DNA of 32,000 nt from a virus, in IMG/VR virus record IMGVR_UViG_3300045988_156141, positions 11,499 to 43,498 of that record; one strand, written 5' to 3'. The translations under genes and the position numbers were made by a program. This document shows, piece after piece, positions 22,678 to 30,665 of the stretch; within the stretch, counting starts at the first letter, position 1, and the number at the start of each line of letters is the position of its first letter. Under the pieces are notes generated by a model. That model saw only the letters and a list, made by a program, of their open reading frames with translations. It was not told the DNA's origin and did not search any database.

Positions 22678-23471
22678 TGCAGTCAGTTAGTGAAATAATC
22701 CAAAAACAAAATGATGCGAACAATGAGAAATATCTTAAAAGCAAACATTGCCAAAGCAATTGTGACAAATGCATGGCAGCAGGTGCATGTGGTATTTGGG
22801 AAAAGCCAGCGTATTACGACGGGAAATACTTGGTGGCTGCAACAAAGGTGTTCTGTTCAAAAAGAAATGATTGTGAGAAACTATCAAGCTATCGCAGTGA
22901 GTGGATTGAGAAGAACAAAAAGAACAGTGGCTTAAAAGATTTGTTGAACAAACGAATCAATGATTTCGTTGCATCTGATCCTTGGCAGGAAGCAATCAAA
23001 AAAATGGCAGTGAATTACATTTCCGATTGTAAAAATAATTTTGCAGAACATACTCCTTGTAATTGGTTGATGTTTTTAGGACAGAGTGGATGTGGGAAAA
23101 CACATCTTTGTTCAGGAATCAGTAATTGGTTGTTAGAACAAAATAAACGTGTTCTGTACGTCAGATACATTGAGTTGAGCAATTCTATTAGCAACTTTGA
23201 TTATTCGCTTCTAGAACGTGCTAAACACGCTCAAATCTTGTATCTAGATGATTTGTTTAAATCTAGTGCAAATCGATTGGATGATAAAGCAATCTTTGAT
23301 TTGATTGATTATCGCTATAACAACAACATGCAAACAATCATATCTTGTGAAAGAACAAGCCAGGAAATGATTGATATCAATGAAGCGGTTATTGGACGAA
23401 TTGTTGAAAAGTGCAATGGTTTCTTCTTTGAAATTGAGAAAGAGCCTGGAAAGAATTACAGGTTGAATTGA
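22677..23471 (+). CDS. DnaC/IstB-like AAA+ helicase loader with N-terminal Cys cluster
   Basis: Walker A is GQSGCGKTH and Walker B is ILYLDDLF. The N-terminus carries CQSNCDKCMAAGAC. Confidence 0.8.
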   Translation: MQSVSEIIQKQNDANNEKYLKSKHCQSNCDKCMAAGACGIWEKPAYYDGKYLVAATKVFCSKRNDCEKLSSYRSEWIEKNKKNSGLKDLLNKRINDFVASDPWQEAIKKMAVNYISDCKNNFAEHTPCNWLMFLGQSGCGKTHLCSGISNWLLEQNKRVLYVRYIELSNSISNFDYSLLERAKHAQILYLDDLFKSSANRLDDKAIFDLIDYRYNNNMQTIISCERTSQEMIDINEAVIGRIVEKCNGFFFEIEKEPGKNYRLN

Positions 23472-23677
23472 TGGCACGAAAAATATATGGAATATACAAG
23501 GATGATCTTCCTGTTTGTATTGGAACAGAATATGAATGTGCATTGTTTTTAGAAACAACAATCAATACATTTAGATCCATGTGTTCCAAACAGAAAAAAG
23601 GAAAAATAAAGCGTTCAAGGGATGGATTTATAATCGTAAAAATATGTGAAGAATTGGAATTGGAGGAAATAGAATGA
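23468..23677 (+). CDS. hypothetical early protein
   Basis: 69 aa, overlap-coupled in the operon. Confidence 0.55.
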   Translation: MMARKIYGIYKDDLPVCIGTEYECALFLETTINTFRSMCSKQKKGKIKRSRDGFIIVKICEELELEEIE

Positions 23678-24105
23678 TTGAACTAAAAGTGATTGAAAAA
23701 TTCATGGAAGAAAATGGTTTAGAACCATATGATGCATTTGATGCGGATGGTGAGCTAAAAAAATACAATCCATGTTATTTTACTGAAGAATTAGAATTAC
23801 GATCAATGTATCTTGATTTTAAAGGTGTTGATAGTCCACTTTGTGCAATTTTGTTACATAGACTATTAACCGGGAAAGATCATGTAAAGCATAAAAGAAC
23901 AAAAGAAAATAATTCGGAAGTTGTTGCTGAAGAAAAGAGAAATGTTGTTTGTAAGGTATCTGTTAAAGGATATGTTATGTCGGATGAAGAATTAGATTAT
24001 TTAAGAAAAGCGTGTCATTTAGCAAGCAATGTTGCGTTTGAAAACGACGAAAAAAACATTTATAGAAAATTAAATGAATATTTAATAACAGGTGAAAGAT
24101 CCTAA
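23674..24105 (+). CDS. hypothetical early protein
   Basis: 143 aa, overlap-coupled. Confidence 0.6.
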   Translation: MIELKVIEKFMEENGLEPYDAFDADGELKKYNPCYFTEELELRSMYLDFKGVDSPLCAILLHRLLTGKDHVKHKRTKENNSEVVAEEKRNVVCKVSVKGYVMSDEELDYLRKACHLASNVAFENDEKNIYRKLNEYLITGERS

Positions 24106-24407
24106 TGGATTACATGATGTTAAAACAATATATTTTAGAAAAGGAAAGAAAAAAGCAAAGAGAAGATGCCATAAAAATAAATACTTTTATCAGATTAGAT
24201 AAAAGCAGTGCTTCTGAAATCGATAAACAAATTGAGCAAACTTATTTATCTTTGCAAAATAATATTAAATTTGTCTGTACCAATAAAGACTTAATGAACA
24301 GTATGCTAGATGAATTAGACTACATTGTTTACGCATCGAAACTATATGGTGGCAAGCATGTTATGGAAGAGCTAAATCAGCGTTATAGAGATAAATTGAT
24401 GAATTAG
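24105..24407 (+). CDS. hypothetical early protein
   Basis: 100 aa, overlap-coupled. Confidence 0.6.
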   Translation: MDYMMLKQYILEKERKKQREDAIKINTFIRLDKSSASEIDKQIEQTYLSLQNNIKFVCTNKDLMNSMLDELDYIVYASKLYGGKHVMEELNQRYRDKLMN

Positions 24408-24432
24408 AGTTGCTATGGATAGGAGAAAGAAA

Positions 24433-24675
24433 ATGATGGATATAGAGTATCTAGAAACACAGGCTAAGCTAGAATCGATAAATGCTTGCACTAAATATGC
24501 TTATTTCCTTGAATACAGTGATGATTCACGTAAAACTTACGACTTGATCAGGGACTACTCAGATGAAAATAAAGATGGTTGTGAAACAATCATTGAGTGT
24601 ATGACCTGGCACGAAGTGGTAAGTGTTATTAATGCAATGCACTGCATCATGCTGTATGAATGCTTGGAGGAGTAG
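24433..24675 (+). CDS. hypothetical early protein
   Basis: ATG lies 6 nt after AGGAGA. Confidence 0.55.
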   Translation: MMDIEYLETQAKLESINACTKYAYFLEYSDDSRKTYDLIRDYSDENKDGCETIIECMTWHEVVSVINAMHCIMLYECLEE

Positions 24676-24682
24676 AAAGAAA

Positions 24683-24820
24683 ATGGCTGAAATAGCTTGT
24701 ATGTTATACAATTTGGCAATAATTGGGATCACCTGCTATATGTGTGCAAATTACAGTTATTGGTTCTTATTGCTATTATTGCTAACAGGCAGTTATAAAA
24801 GCGATGGGAGCGAGGAATAA
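24683..24820 (+). CDS. 45-aa membrane micro-protein
   Basis: GGAGGAG RBS and two hydrophobic segments. Confidence 0.45.
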   Translation: MAEIACMLYNLAIIGITCYMCANYSYWFLLLLLLTGSYKSDGSEE

Positions 24821-24821
24821 A

Positions 24822-25172
24822 ATGTTAAGAAAACCAATACAAAAAAAGATTCGTGAACAGGTATATAAAAAATACAACGGTCATTGTGCCTATTGCGGAT
24901 GCAAACTTGAGTACAAAGATATGCAAGTAGATCATGTAATATCTGTATACGGAAAGGATGGTAGTAACGATTTAGACAACCTTATGCCAACGTGTAGGAT
25001 GTGCAACTTTTATAAAAGTACATATTCTTTAGATGATTTTAGAAAAAATTTAGAAACATTGCATGAGAGATTACAAAAAACGTTTATATATCGGTTGGCA
25101 TTGAAATACGGATTGGTTGTTGAAATAAAAAAAGAAGTAATCTTTTATTTTGAAGATTATAAAAAGATTTAA
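24822..25172 (+). CDS. HNH endonuclease
   Basis: HCAYCGCKL...VDHVISV...NDLDNLMPTCRMCNFYK contains the C-x-x-C, H-N-H and C-x-x-N motifs. Confidence 0.85.
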   Translation: MLRKPIQKKIREQVYKKYNGHCAYCGCKLEYKDMQVDHVISVYGKDGSNDLDNLMPTCRMCNFYKSTYSLDDFRKNLETLHERLQKTFIYRLALKYGLVVEIKKEVIFYFEDYKKI

Positions 25173-25183
25173 GGAGATAGAGG

Positions 25184-25426
25184 ATGTCTACAGTTGAATT
25201 AAGACTTAACGAATTAATAGATGCATGCAAAAATAAAATGGATGAAATTCGTAAATTAAATGAACTTGAAAAAGCATTTTTAGATGATGAATTAGAAGTA
25301 AACCATAAAGAAAAAATGTTTACACGATTAAAAGAAATAGATAAATATGATTTTGAATTACTGGTTTTAGAACAGATTCTTAAAACACTTGAGTATGTAA
25401 GAACAGGGGAATATACCAGGAGATAA
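25184..25426 (+). CDS. coiled-coil hypothetical protein
   Basis: 80 aa with GGAGATAGAGG RBS. Confidence 0.6.
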   Translation: MSTVELRLNELIDACKNKMDEIRKLNELEKAFLDDELEVNHKEKMFTRLKEIDKYDFELLVLEQILKTLEYVRTGEYTRR

Positions 25427-25432
25427 AGAAAT

Positions 25433-25681
25433 ATGAATGAAAAATATGAATACAATGGAAATATTTATTGTGAAGATGATTTATCAGAAGAAATATACAA
25501 CTATGGTGGAGATTTAGATGATTTATTTTTTGATTTGTTGAGAAACAAAGATATTGAAGAAACTACTTATTATTCCGCTAAAGACGCTTGTAGTTCTGAT
25601 GAATATTATGAAGATTACAAAGAATTAATTAAAGAAGAATATGAAAAGTTAGGAATTGAGGTGTTACAAGGCTATGAATAA
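25433..25681 (+). CDS. highly acidic Tyr-rich small protein
   Basis: 82 aa. By my count it has 25 Asp+Glu against 7 Lys+Arg, plus many Tyr. Confidence 0.6.
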   Translation: MNEKYEYNGNIYCEDDLSEEIYNYGGDLDDLFFDLLRNKDIEETTYYSAKDACSSDEYYEDYKELIKEEYEKLGIEVLQGYE

Positions 25682-26096
25682 ATATAAGGAAGCTTTAAAT
25701 ACAATTGTTGATGCCATAAGGGATTACGTGTCATATAGAGAATTTGATTTGTTGCCTAGTGAAAATGAAATATACGGTGCAATGGCATTACTTAGAAAAT
25801 TAGTTAATAAAGCAGATTCATTTGAGTGGATTCCTGTTTCTAAAAAGCTTCCAGATGAGCATGATAGCATCTTTGCTAAATTGTATGAAACAGATGTAGT
25901 GAACGATATGCTTTGGAGAACGCGATCAAAAGAGGTGCTTGTGACTATTGAATATGAAAATGGTGCAAGAACTGTTAAATCATCACATACAACTGATGGC
26001 AAATGGTGGATAGAAAAGAAAACTACATTAAGTAAATTTAAAGTTATAGCTTGGATGCCAATGCCTGAACCTTATAAGGAGAATGAAAATGAATGA
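25674..26096 (+). CDS. DUF551-like protein
   Basis: WIPVSKKLPDEHD...VLVTIEY...KVIAWMPMPEPYK matches the DUF551 pattern (W.PV...LP...V......W+PLPEP). Confidence 0.55.
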   Translation: MNKYKEALNTIVDAIRDYVSYREFDLLPSENEIYGAMALLRKLVNKADSFEWIPVSKKLPDEHDSIFAKLYETDVVNDMLWRTRSKEVLVTIEYENGARTVKSSHTTDGKWWIEKKTTLSKFKVIAWMPMPEPYKENENE

Positions 26097-26367
26097 GATT
26101 AAAATACCTTCAATTGAATTTGTTCGATTGAAAAAAGGAATGACAGATAGTGAATTAAATGATTACATAGCAGAAAATGATGATTATAGTTTTTTAGTTT
26201 ATTTGAGATACAAATATGATTTTGAAGAAGAATGGACGTATTCGACGGAATGTGCAGCGTGGAATGCTTGCGAAGATTGTGTAAGTTGGTTAAATGATTG
26301 GTATGAAGGTCAACAAAATGTTGAGTATTTGGCTATTAGTAAATTAGGAGAAGAATATGACAGCTGA
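26089..26367 (+). CDS. acidic hypothetical protein
   Basis: ATG lies 8 nt after AAGGAG. Confidence 0.55.
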   Translation: MNEIKIPSIEFVRLKKGMTDSELNDYIAENDDYSFLVYLRYKYDFEEEWTYSTECAAWNACEDCVSWLNDWYEGQQNVEYLAISKLGEEYDS

Positions 26368-26773
26368 AGAAATGTTTAGAAGGTTAAGATTCACAGAAAA
26401 ACACAACCTCAAACAATTTATAATGTATGAATGTGTGAGTATTACTACATCACGAGTTATTGTGTTTGATAAAGTATCTAGACGTATAGCAGCTAAAGAT
26501 GTACTAGGAGATAAATTAATAACAAAAAGCGACATATCGGTGAATGAATTAATGGCGATTATCCAACAATGCATAGAACTCGGATGGCTAGAAGAAGAAA
26601 CTTGTACCAATTTATCAGAGTATGATGCAACGGAAGAATTTAAATGTTCTAATTGTGGATTCACGTTAGTTGAGCATAAAGAGTACGCGGTAGGTGAAGA
26701 TGATGGAGAAGAATATTATTTTAATTACAAACCAAAATATTGCCCAAACTGTGGAAGCAAGATTGTAGATTGA
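26357..26773 (+). CDS. hypothetical protein with C-terminal zinc ribbon; paralog of the next gene
   Basis: Zinc-ribbon motifs are CSNCGF...CPNCGSK. The shared N-terminus is M.AE.MF..L.F, and both share an ELGWL(E/D)(E/S)E motif. Confidence 0.6.
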   Translation: MTAEEMFRRLRFTEKHNLKQFIMYECVSITTSRVIVFDKVSRRIAAKDVLGDKLITKSDISVNELMAIIQQCIELGWLEEETCTNLSEYDATEEFKCSNCGFTLVEHKEYAVGEDDGEEYYFNYKPKYCPNCGSKIVD

Positions 26774-26783
26774 GGTCGATATA

Positions 26784-27209
26784 ATGAACGCAGAACAGAT
26801 GTTTACTGAATTAGGTTTCAGAAAATGTGACGGAGTTTATAGAGAAGGCGAAACGTTGCTTTATGAAAAAAATATATGTGATGGCAGAGATGTGCTATAT
26901 GTGAGATTCCTACATGGCATGGTTCGTGTAACTGAATTAGCTAATTATGTGTATAACATAGACGGAAAATTAATGAAGGCTATTTACAAGCAGATGGAAG
27001 AACTGGGTTGGCTAGATTCAGAAAGAAAAGCTATTTATCATCTTACAAAGTTTGAATATGATTTACTAAATGAAGATAAAGAAATACATGAGTGGTATTT
27101 TAAATGCTTTGATCATTTAATGAGATTGAAAGAACAAGGCCATTTTAAAGATGTGAATATTGAAAAGCAGATTGGTGAAATTTTATTAAATTGTGAGGTA
27201 ATCAAATAA
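26784..27209 (+). CDS. hypothetical protein, paralog of 26357-26773 N-domain
   Basis: MNAEQMFTELGF...MEELGWLDSE parallels MTAEEMFRRLRF...IELGWLEEE in the upstream gene. Confidence 0.6.
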   Translation: MNAEQMFTELGFRKCDGVYREGETLLYEKNICDGRDVLYVRFLHGMVRVTELANYVYNIDGKLMKAIYKQMEELGWLDSERKAIYHLTKFEYDLLNEDKEIHEWYFKCFDHLMRLKEQGHFKDVNIEKQIGEILLNCEVIK

Positions 27210-27433
27210 TGCAGAAAGCTAGATTATTATATTTAGTTGATAAATACGAAAATGAATTGATTAGTAGTACTAGAAAATACAAAAGTTATTATGTCGGTAA
27301 AATTGGAAACGTAGTACACAAACAAAATATACGTGGAATTGTCAGCTCAAATGAATATTTATATGACATTGAGTTTGATGATGGTGCTAGATTTTGCGTA
27401 GACAGAGAACAGATTGAATTTGTGGAGGATTGA
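27209..27433 (+). CDS. hypothetical protein
   Basis: 74 aa, coupled start. Confidence 0.55.
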   Translation: MQKARLLYLVDKYENELISSTRKYKSYYVGKIGNVVHKQNIRGIVSSNEYLYDIEFDDGARFCVDREQIEFVED

Positions 27434-27435
27434 GA

Positions 27436-27654
27436 ATGAAGTTATATCTACTGTATGAAGATACATACGAAGAAGAGTATGGATGTGAATTACATGCATA
27501 CGGAATATTCACGTCAAAAGCGAATGCAGAAAAAATGAAAGAAACGTTATTGAAAAAAGCTAGCAACTCTTGGAGGAAAGGATTCACAATGATGATTGAA
27601 GAATTTGAACCTGATAAATATACAGATAAGTATCTAGGAGGATATATTGAATGA
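27436..27654 (+). CDS. hypothetical protein
   Basis: ATG follows GGAGGA. Confidence 0.55.
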   Translation: MKLYLLYEDTYEEEYGCELHAYGIFTSKANAEKMKETLLKKASNSWRKGFTMMIEEFEPDKYTDKYLGGYIE

Positions 27655-27772
27655 TGTGGTTGTTGATTGGTTTGTAGAAGGATGTACATGGTTGAAATCA
27701 GAAGAAAATGAAGAAAGAAAAAAAGAATTAGAAAGGTTAGGATATAAATGTGTTAAAGAAATACAGGATTAA
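27647..27772 (+). CDS. 41-aa micro-protein (TTG start)
   Basis: AGGAGG lies 6 nt upstream of the TTG. This ORF is absent from the ORF track because of its size. Confidence 0.35.
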   Translation: MNDVVVDWFVEGCTWLKSEENEERKKELERLGYKCVKEIQD

Positions 27773-27896
27773 ATATATCAAAGACAATAATATTTGCGTT
27801 ATGGAAGTTCAGGAAGAATCAAAAAGCATGGCAATGTATAAGTTCTATATGAAATTTCCATCATGCAGCATTGAGGAAATTGAAGAAATTGCATAG
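27750..27896 (+). CDS. 48-aa micro-protein (GTG start)
   Basis: An open frame fills the gap before the next gene. RBS is weak. Confidence 0.3.
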   Translation: MLKKYRIKYIKDNNICVMEVQEESKSMAMYKFYMKFPSCSIEEIEEIA

Positions 27897-27904
27897 GAGA
27901 GAAA

Positions 27905-28372
27905 ATGAGTAAAACGGATTATGAAGAATATGTAGATGTTCAGGTGGATACACTGATTAAAAAACTTGAAATGTTCAAGATTTATGAAAGAAAGTTTAAA
28001 TCGTTGGATGGAATCTTAAAGGATTTGGAGGTTCGCAAAAAAGAATTTTCAGATCCAAAATCTCCATCGTTTGAACAAAGGTTGGATTCAAAGAAAAATA
28101 AGGACATTACAAATGATGTTCTTGTAAAGTTTATTTCAAAAGAAAAAACACTTGAAGATGATAAGAATCTAATCTTCGGAAAGATGAGAGAAATTGAAAC
28201 AATTATTGACCTTATTCCGGATGATGATATTCGTTTATATATGAAACGTCATTATATCAACGGAGAGTCATTTGAGAAGCTTTCAGGAGAAAAGTTCTGT
28301 AGCAGAATGAAAATGTATTACGCAATGAAAAAAGAGCTTAAAAAGCTCGTTATGGGAGATTTGAACAAATGA
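27905..28372 (+). CDS. candidate late-gene transcriptional regulator (ArpU/RinA/DUF1492-like position; sigma-r4-like C-terminus)
   Basis: It is the last gene of the early block. The C-terminal IRLYMKRHYINGESFEKLSGEKFCSRMKMYYAMKKELKKL looks like an HTH. GGAGAG RBS. Confidence 0.4.
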   Translation: MSKTDYEEYVDVQVDTLIKKLEMFKIYERKFKSLDGILKDLEVRKKEFSDPKSPSFEQRLDSKKNKDITNDVLVKFISKEKTLEDDKNLIFGKMREIETIIDLIPDDDIRLYMKRHYINGESFEKLSGEKFCSRMKMYYAMKKELKKLVMGDLNK

Positions 28373-28770
28373 AAAAAATGTTATGTGCAATTTTAGGAAT
28401 GACAATGTGTCTAGGTTTGGCAGGATGCCAAGAATCAGATACAGCTAATCATAATTTAAGAGTGGATGCAAACAACTTTAAAATATCGAGAAAGGTTGTG
28501 GCATTAAATACTAGAACAAATGAACCGTTGTTTTCTGTTGAAGGAAAAATATCTATTGAAACAGATAGTGATGGCGATTTGAATGTAACGATTAAAACTG
28601 GAAAAGATAAATATAAATTGTTCTATGCACATTTATCAAAAGATGTTACGTATACAAGTATTCAACTTGATGCTGTAAAAGAAAATCCATATGGATACAA
28701 AATAACATTCTTTCCTGCTAAAGAAACGATTGAACATGGTTTGATTAACGTAGAAGATACAAATAAATAA
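28369..28770 (+). CDS. lipoprotein
   Basis: Signal peptide with lipobox LGLAGC. The EGKISIETDSDGDLNV motif is shared with the next lipoprotein. Confidence 0.7.
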   Translation: MKKMLCAILGMTMCLGLAGCQESDTANHNLRVDANNFKISRKVVALNTRTNEPLFSVEGKISIETDSDGDLNVTIKTGKDKYKLFYAHLSKDVTYTSIQLDAVKENPYGYKITFFPAKETIEHGLINVEDTNK

Positions 28771-28877
28771 AAGACTATATGAGGATATTATTTGCGGTGA
28801 AGTAAGATGTTATTAATTGCATAAAAACGTGGTTGAAATTTTCATAAAGTTTTTATTTTAGAAAAGTGTTATAAAGT

Positions 28878-28897
28878 AGCCTATTTACTAGGCTTTT
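28878..28897 (+). terminator. intrinsic terminator
   Basis: Stem AGCCTA / TAGGCT is followed by TTTT. Confidence 0.5.
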
Positions 28898-28913
28898 AAA
28901 AGGTTTGTAGTTA

Positions 28914-28938
28914 GTCCGATAATATATAGTTATCGGAC
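28914..28938 (+). promoter_or_regulatory. 9-bp perfect hairpin/palindrome GTCCGATAA-N7-TTATCGGAC just upstream of an RBS
   Basis: Read directly from the sequence. It ends 8 nt before AAGAGG. Confidence 0.4.
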
Positions 28939-28956
28939 ATAGAAAAGAGGAATGAA

Positions 28957-29232
28957 ATGAATAAAATATACAAATTATTAATGGTTGGAATGATTGGCAT
29001 TTCCTTGTTTGGATGTGCTTCTATGGATCGTTTTGGCACTGATGTTAAATCAGATTTGAATGGCGGATTGAATAGAATAATTAATGTGTATACAGCAGAT
29101 GGAAAAATTATAGCAAGCTATGAAGGTAGAATTGATATTGAAACAAATGATGGTGGATATGTAAAATTTGATTATGATGGAAAAAGATATGTTTATTATA
29201 ATTGTTTTGTAGAAACGATTGCAGATAAATAG
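28957..29232 (+). CDS. small lipoprotein (distant paralog of 28369-28770)
   Basis: Lipobox ISLFGC and motif EGRIDIETNDGGYVKF. Confidence 0.7.
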   Translation: MNKIYKLLMVGMIGISLFGCASMDRFGTDVKSDLNGGLNRIINVYTADGKIIASYEGRIDIETNDGGYVKFDYDGKRYVYYNCFVETIADK

Positions 29233-29242
29233 GAGTGATAAT

Positions 29243-29815
29243 GTGGAAGATTTCATAAAGGATGTTTTACTAGCGTTTGTTGCAGCTGGTGGATGTGGAT
29301 ATTTAAATTATTACGTTTTAACATGCACAAATGTGATTGAAGAACAAGATAGAGCAGATAAAGAAAGATTGCATTTGATGATCTTATCGTTATTTAATAT
29401 TCTTGTTTGCTTCTTCTTTAGTGATTATTTGAAATGGAATATTTATAAAAGTGTTTTGATTACATTTTTATTAACATTAATAAGTTCGTTTACTGTACAT
29501 GCTCATGTTATTAAGCTTTTTAGAACATTAGTTAATTTGATTAGAAAAGGCAAAGGATTGTCTGAAATGACTTTTGGAACTATTCAGGAAGATGTTTTTG
29601 AAAGTGATAACATGACAATTGGATATTTCTATACTAGAGAAGGAAGTTTTATTGCGTGTGGATATATTGAAATGCATTCAGAAAGAACTGGTGAATTTAC
29701 TATAGCACCAAGAAAAAGTGTATCTGAGAAAAGTTTTTCAGAAGCTTGTGCATTGCCAGGAGCAAAAGTTTTTATTAATGATGAAATGAAAATAGTCACC
29801 ATCGAACAACGATAG
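29243..29815 (+). CDS. membrane protein, unknown function
   Basis: The GTG at 29243 lies 7 nt after AGGAG (the ORF is open from TTG 29219). It has three or four TM segments and a soluble C-domain. Confidence 0.6.
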   Translation: MEDFIKDVLLAFVAAGGCGYLNYYVLTCTNVIEEQDRADKERLHLMILSLFNILVCFFFSDYLKWNIYKSVLITFLLTLISSFTVHAHVIKLFRTLVNLIRKGKGLSEMTFGTIQEDVFESDNMTIGYFYTREGSFIACGYIEMHSERTGEFTIAPRKSVSEKSFSEACALPGAKVFINDEMKIVTIEQR

Positions 29816-29827
29816 TGACTATGGAGG

Positions 29828-29917
29828 TTATTTTCCGCCTTCTGATGGTATTTCTTTCTTGACTGTGCCTTTAGTTCTAGATTGAACACCATCATTACTT
29901 TTTTCATTTTCTGTCAT
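29828..29917 (-). CDS. 29-aa basic micro-protein
   Basis: The minus-strand ATG lies 8 nt after GGAGGA. Product is MTENEKSNDGVQSRTKGTVKKEIPSEGGK. Confidence 0.35.
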   Translation of the reverse strand: MTENEKSNDGVQSRTKGTVKKEIPSEGGK

Positions 29918-29982
29918 TTTGTTATCCTCCACGATAATTATACAGAAATAAGTTTATTAGAAAAGTTTAAGGAGTAAAGAAA

Positions 29983-30336
29983 ATGAAATGTAAATTACCA
30001 AAGTTTTTAACAGAAAAACATATAAATATAGGTGATGAGCTTAATAAGCTGTTTATGATCAATAATACACAAAGTTTATTTGTACAATACGGAGATCGTG
30101 TTGTATGTGTTTATATGTCAGATGAAAAGTTTTATAGGTGTAATTATGATAAGAATGGTATACTCGTTATTAAACATTATATTTGTGAATCTCAATTCAA
30201 AAGTTTATATAAAAAGTTTTTAGATAATGAAATTGATTGCTTAAACTATGAAGACGTAATGAATGGCTGCAATAAGATTTATCTAAGATCAGATGAAGAT
30301 TATAAAAAGTTTATGAGAATATTAGTTGATATGTAG
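29983..30336 (+). CDS. hypothetical protein, paralog 1 of 3
   Basis: 117 aa with AAGGAG RBS. It shares ...VVCV...KF...KKFMRILVD with the next two ORFs. Confidence 0.65.
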   Translation: MKCKLPKFLTEKHINIGDELNKLFMINNTQSLFVQYGDRVVCVYMSDEKFYRCNYDKNGILVIKHYICESQFKSLYKKFLDNEIDCLNYEDVMNGCNKIYLRSDEDYKKFMRILVDM

Positions 30337-30359
30337 AAAGTTTTTTTAGGAGTGATGAA

Positions 30360-30647
30360 ATGGATGAAAATAAGTTTCCTTACAAAGAAGTTTTTGTGAG
30401 ATATGATAATGTACAAATTGGTGTTGTTTGTTCTAAGATGGTTGAAAAAGTTTTTGAATACAATGCACATGATGATGAAGATGTGGCTGTGAATTATGTT
30501 TATTATGTGAAGAAGGAGAAGTTTTCTCAGTTGCTGGAAAAGTTTTTTGACGGTTCAATTCTATGCAAGCATGAAAAAGAATCTCAAAAGTTTTTTCCAA
30601 CTTCTCAAGAACAATTAGAAAAAGTTTTTCTGATCCTGGATAAATAA
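30360..30647 (+). CDS. hypothetical protein, paralog 2 of 3
   Basis: 95 aa with AGGAG RBS. Shared motifs are KF..-..V.Y.-..IGVVCS, KKEKFSQL and LEKVFLILD. Confidence 0.65.
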   Translation: MDENKFPYKEVFVRYDNVQIGVVCSKMVEKVFEYNAHDDEDVAVNYVYYVKKEKFSQLLEKFFDGSILCKHEKESQKFFPTSQEQLEKVFLILDK

Positions 30648-30665
30648 GTTTTTGAGGGTATTGTA

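Noticed and set aside
22140-22935. ORFs 22140-22361 (-) and 22711-22935 (+, alternative frame).
   Set aside because: They lie inside the DnaD-like and DnaC-like genes, whose frames carry the family motifs. The minus-strand ORF is an artefact of the iteron repeats.
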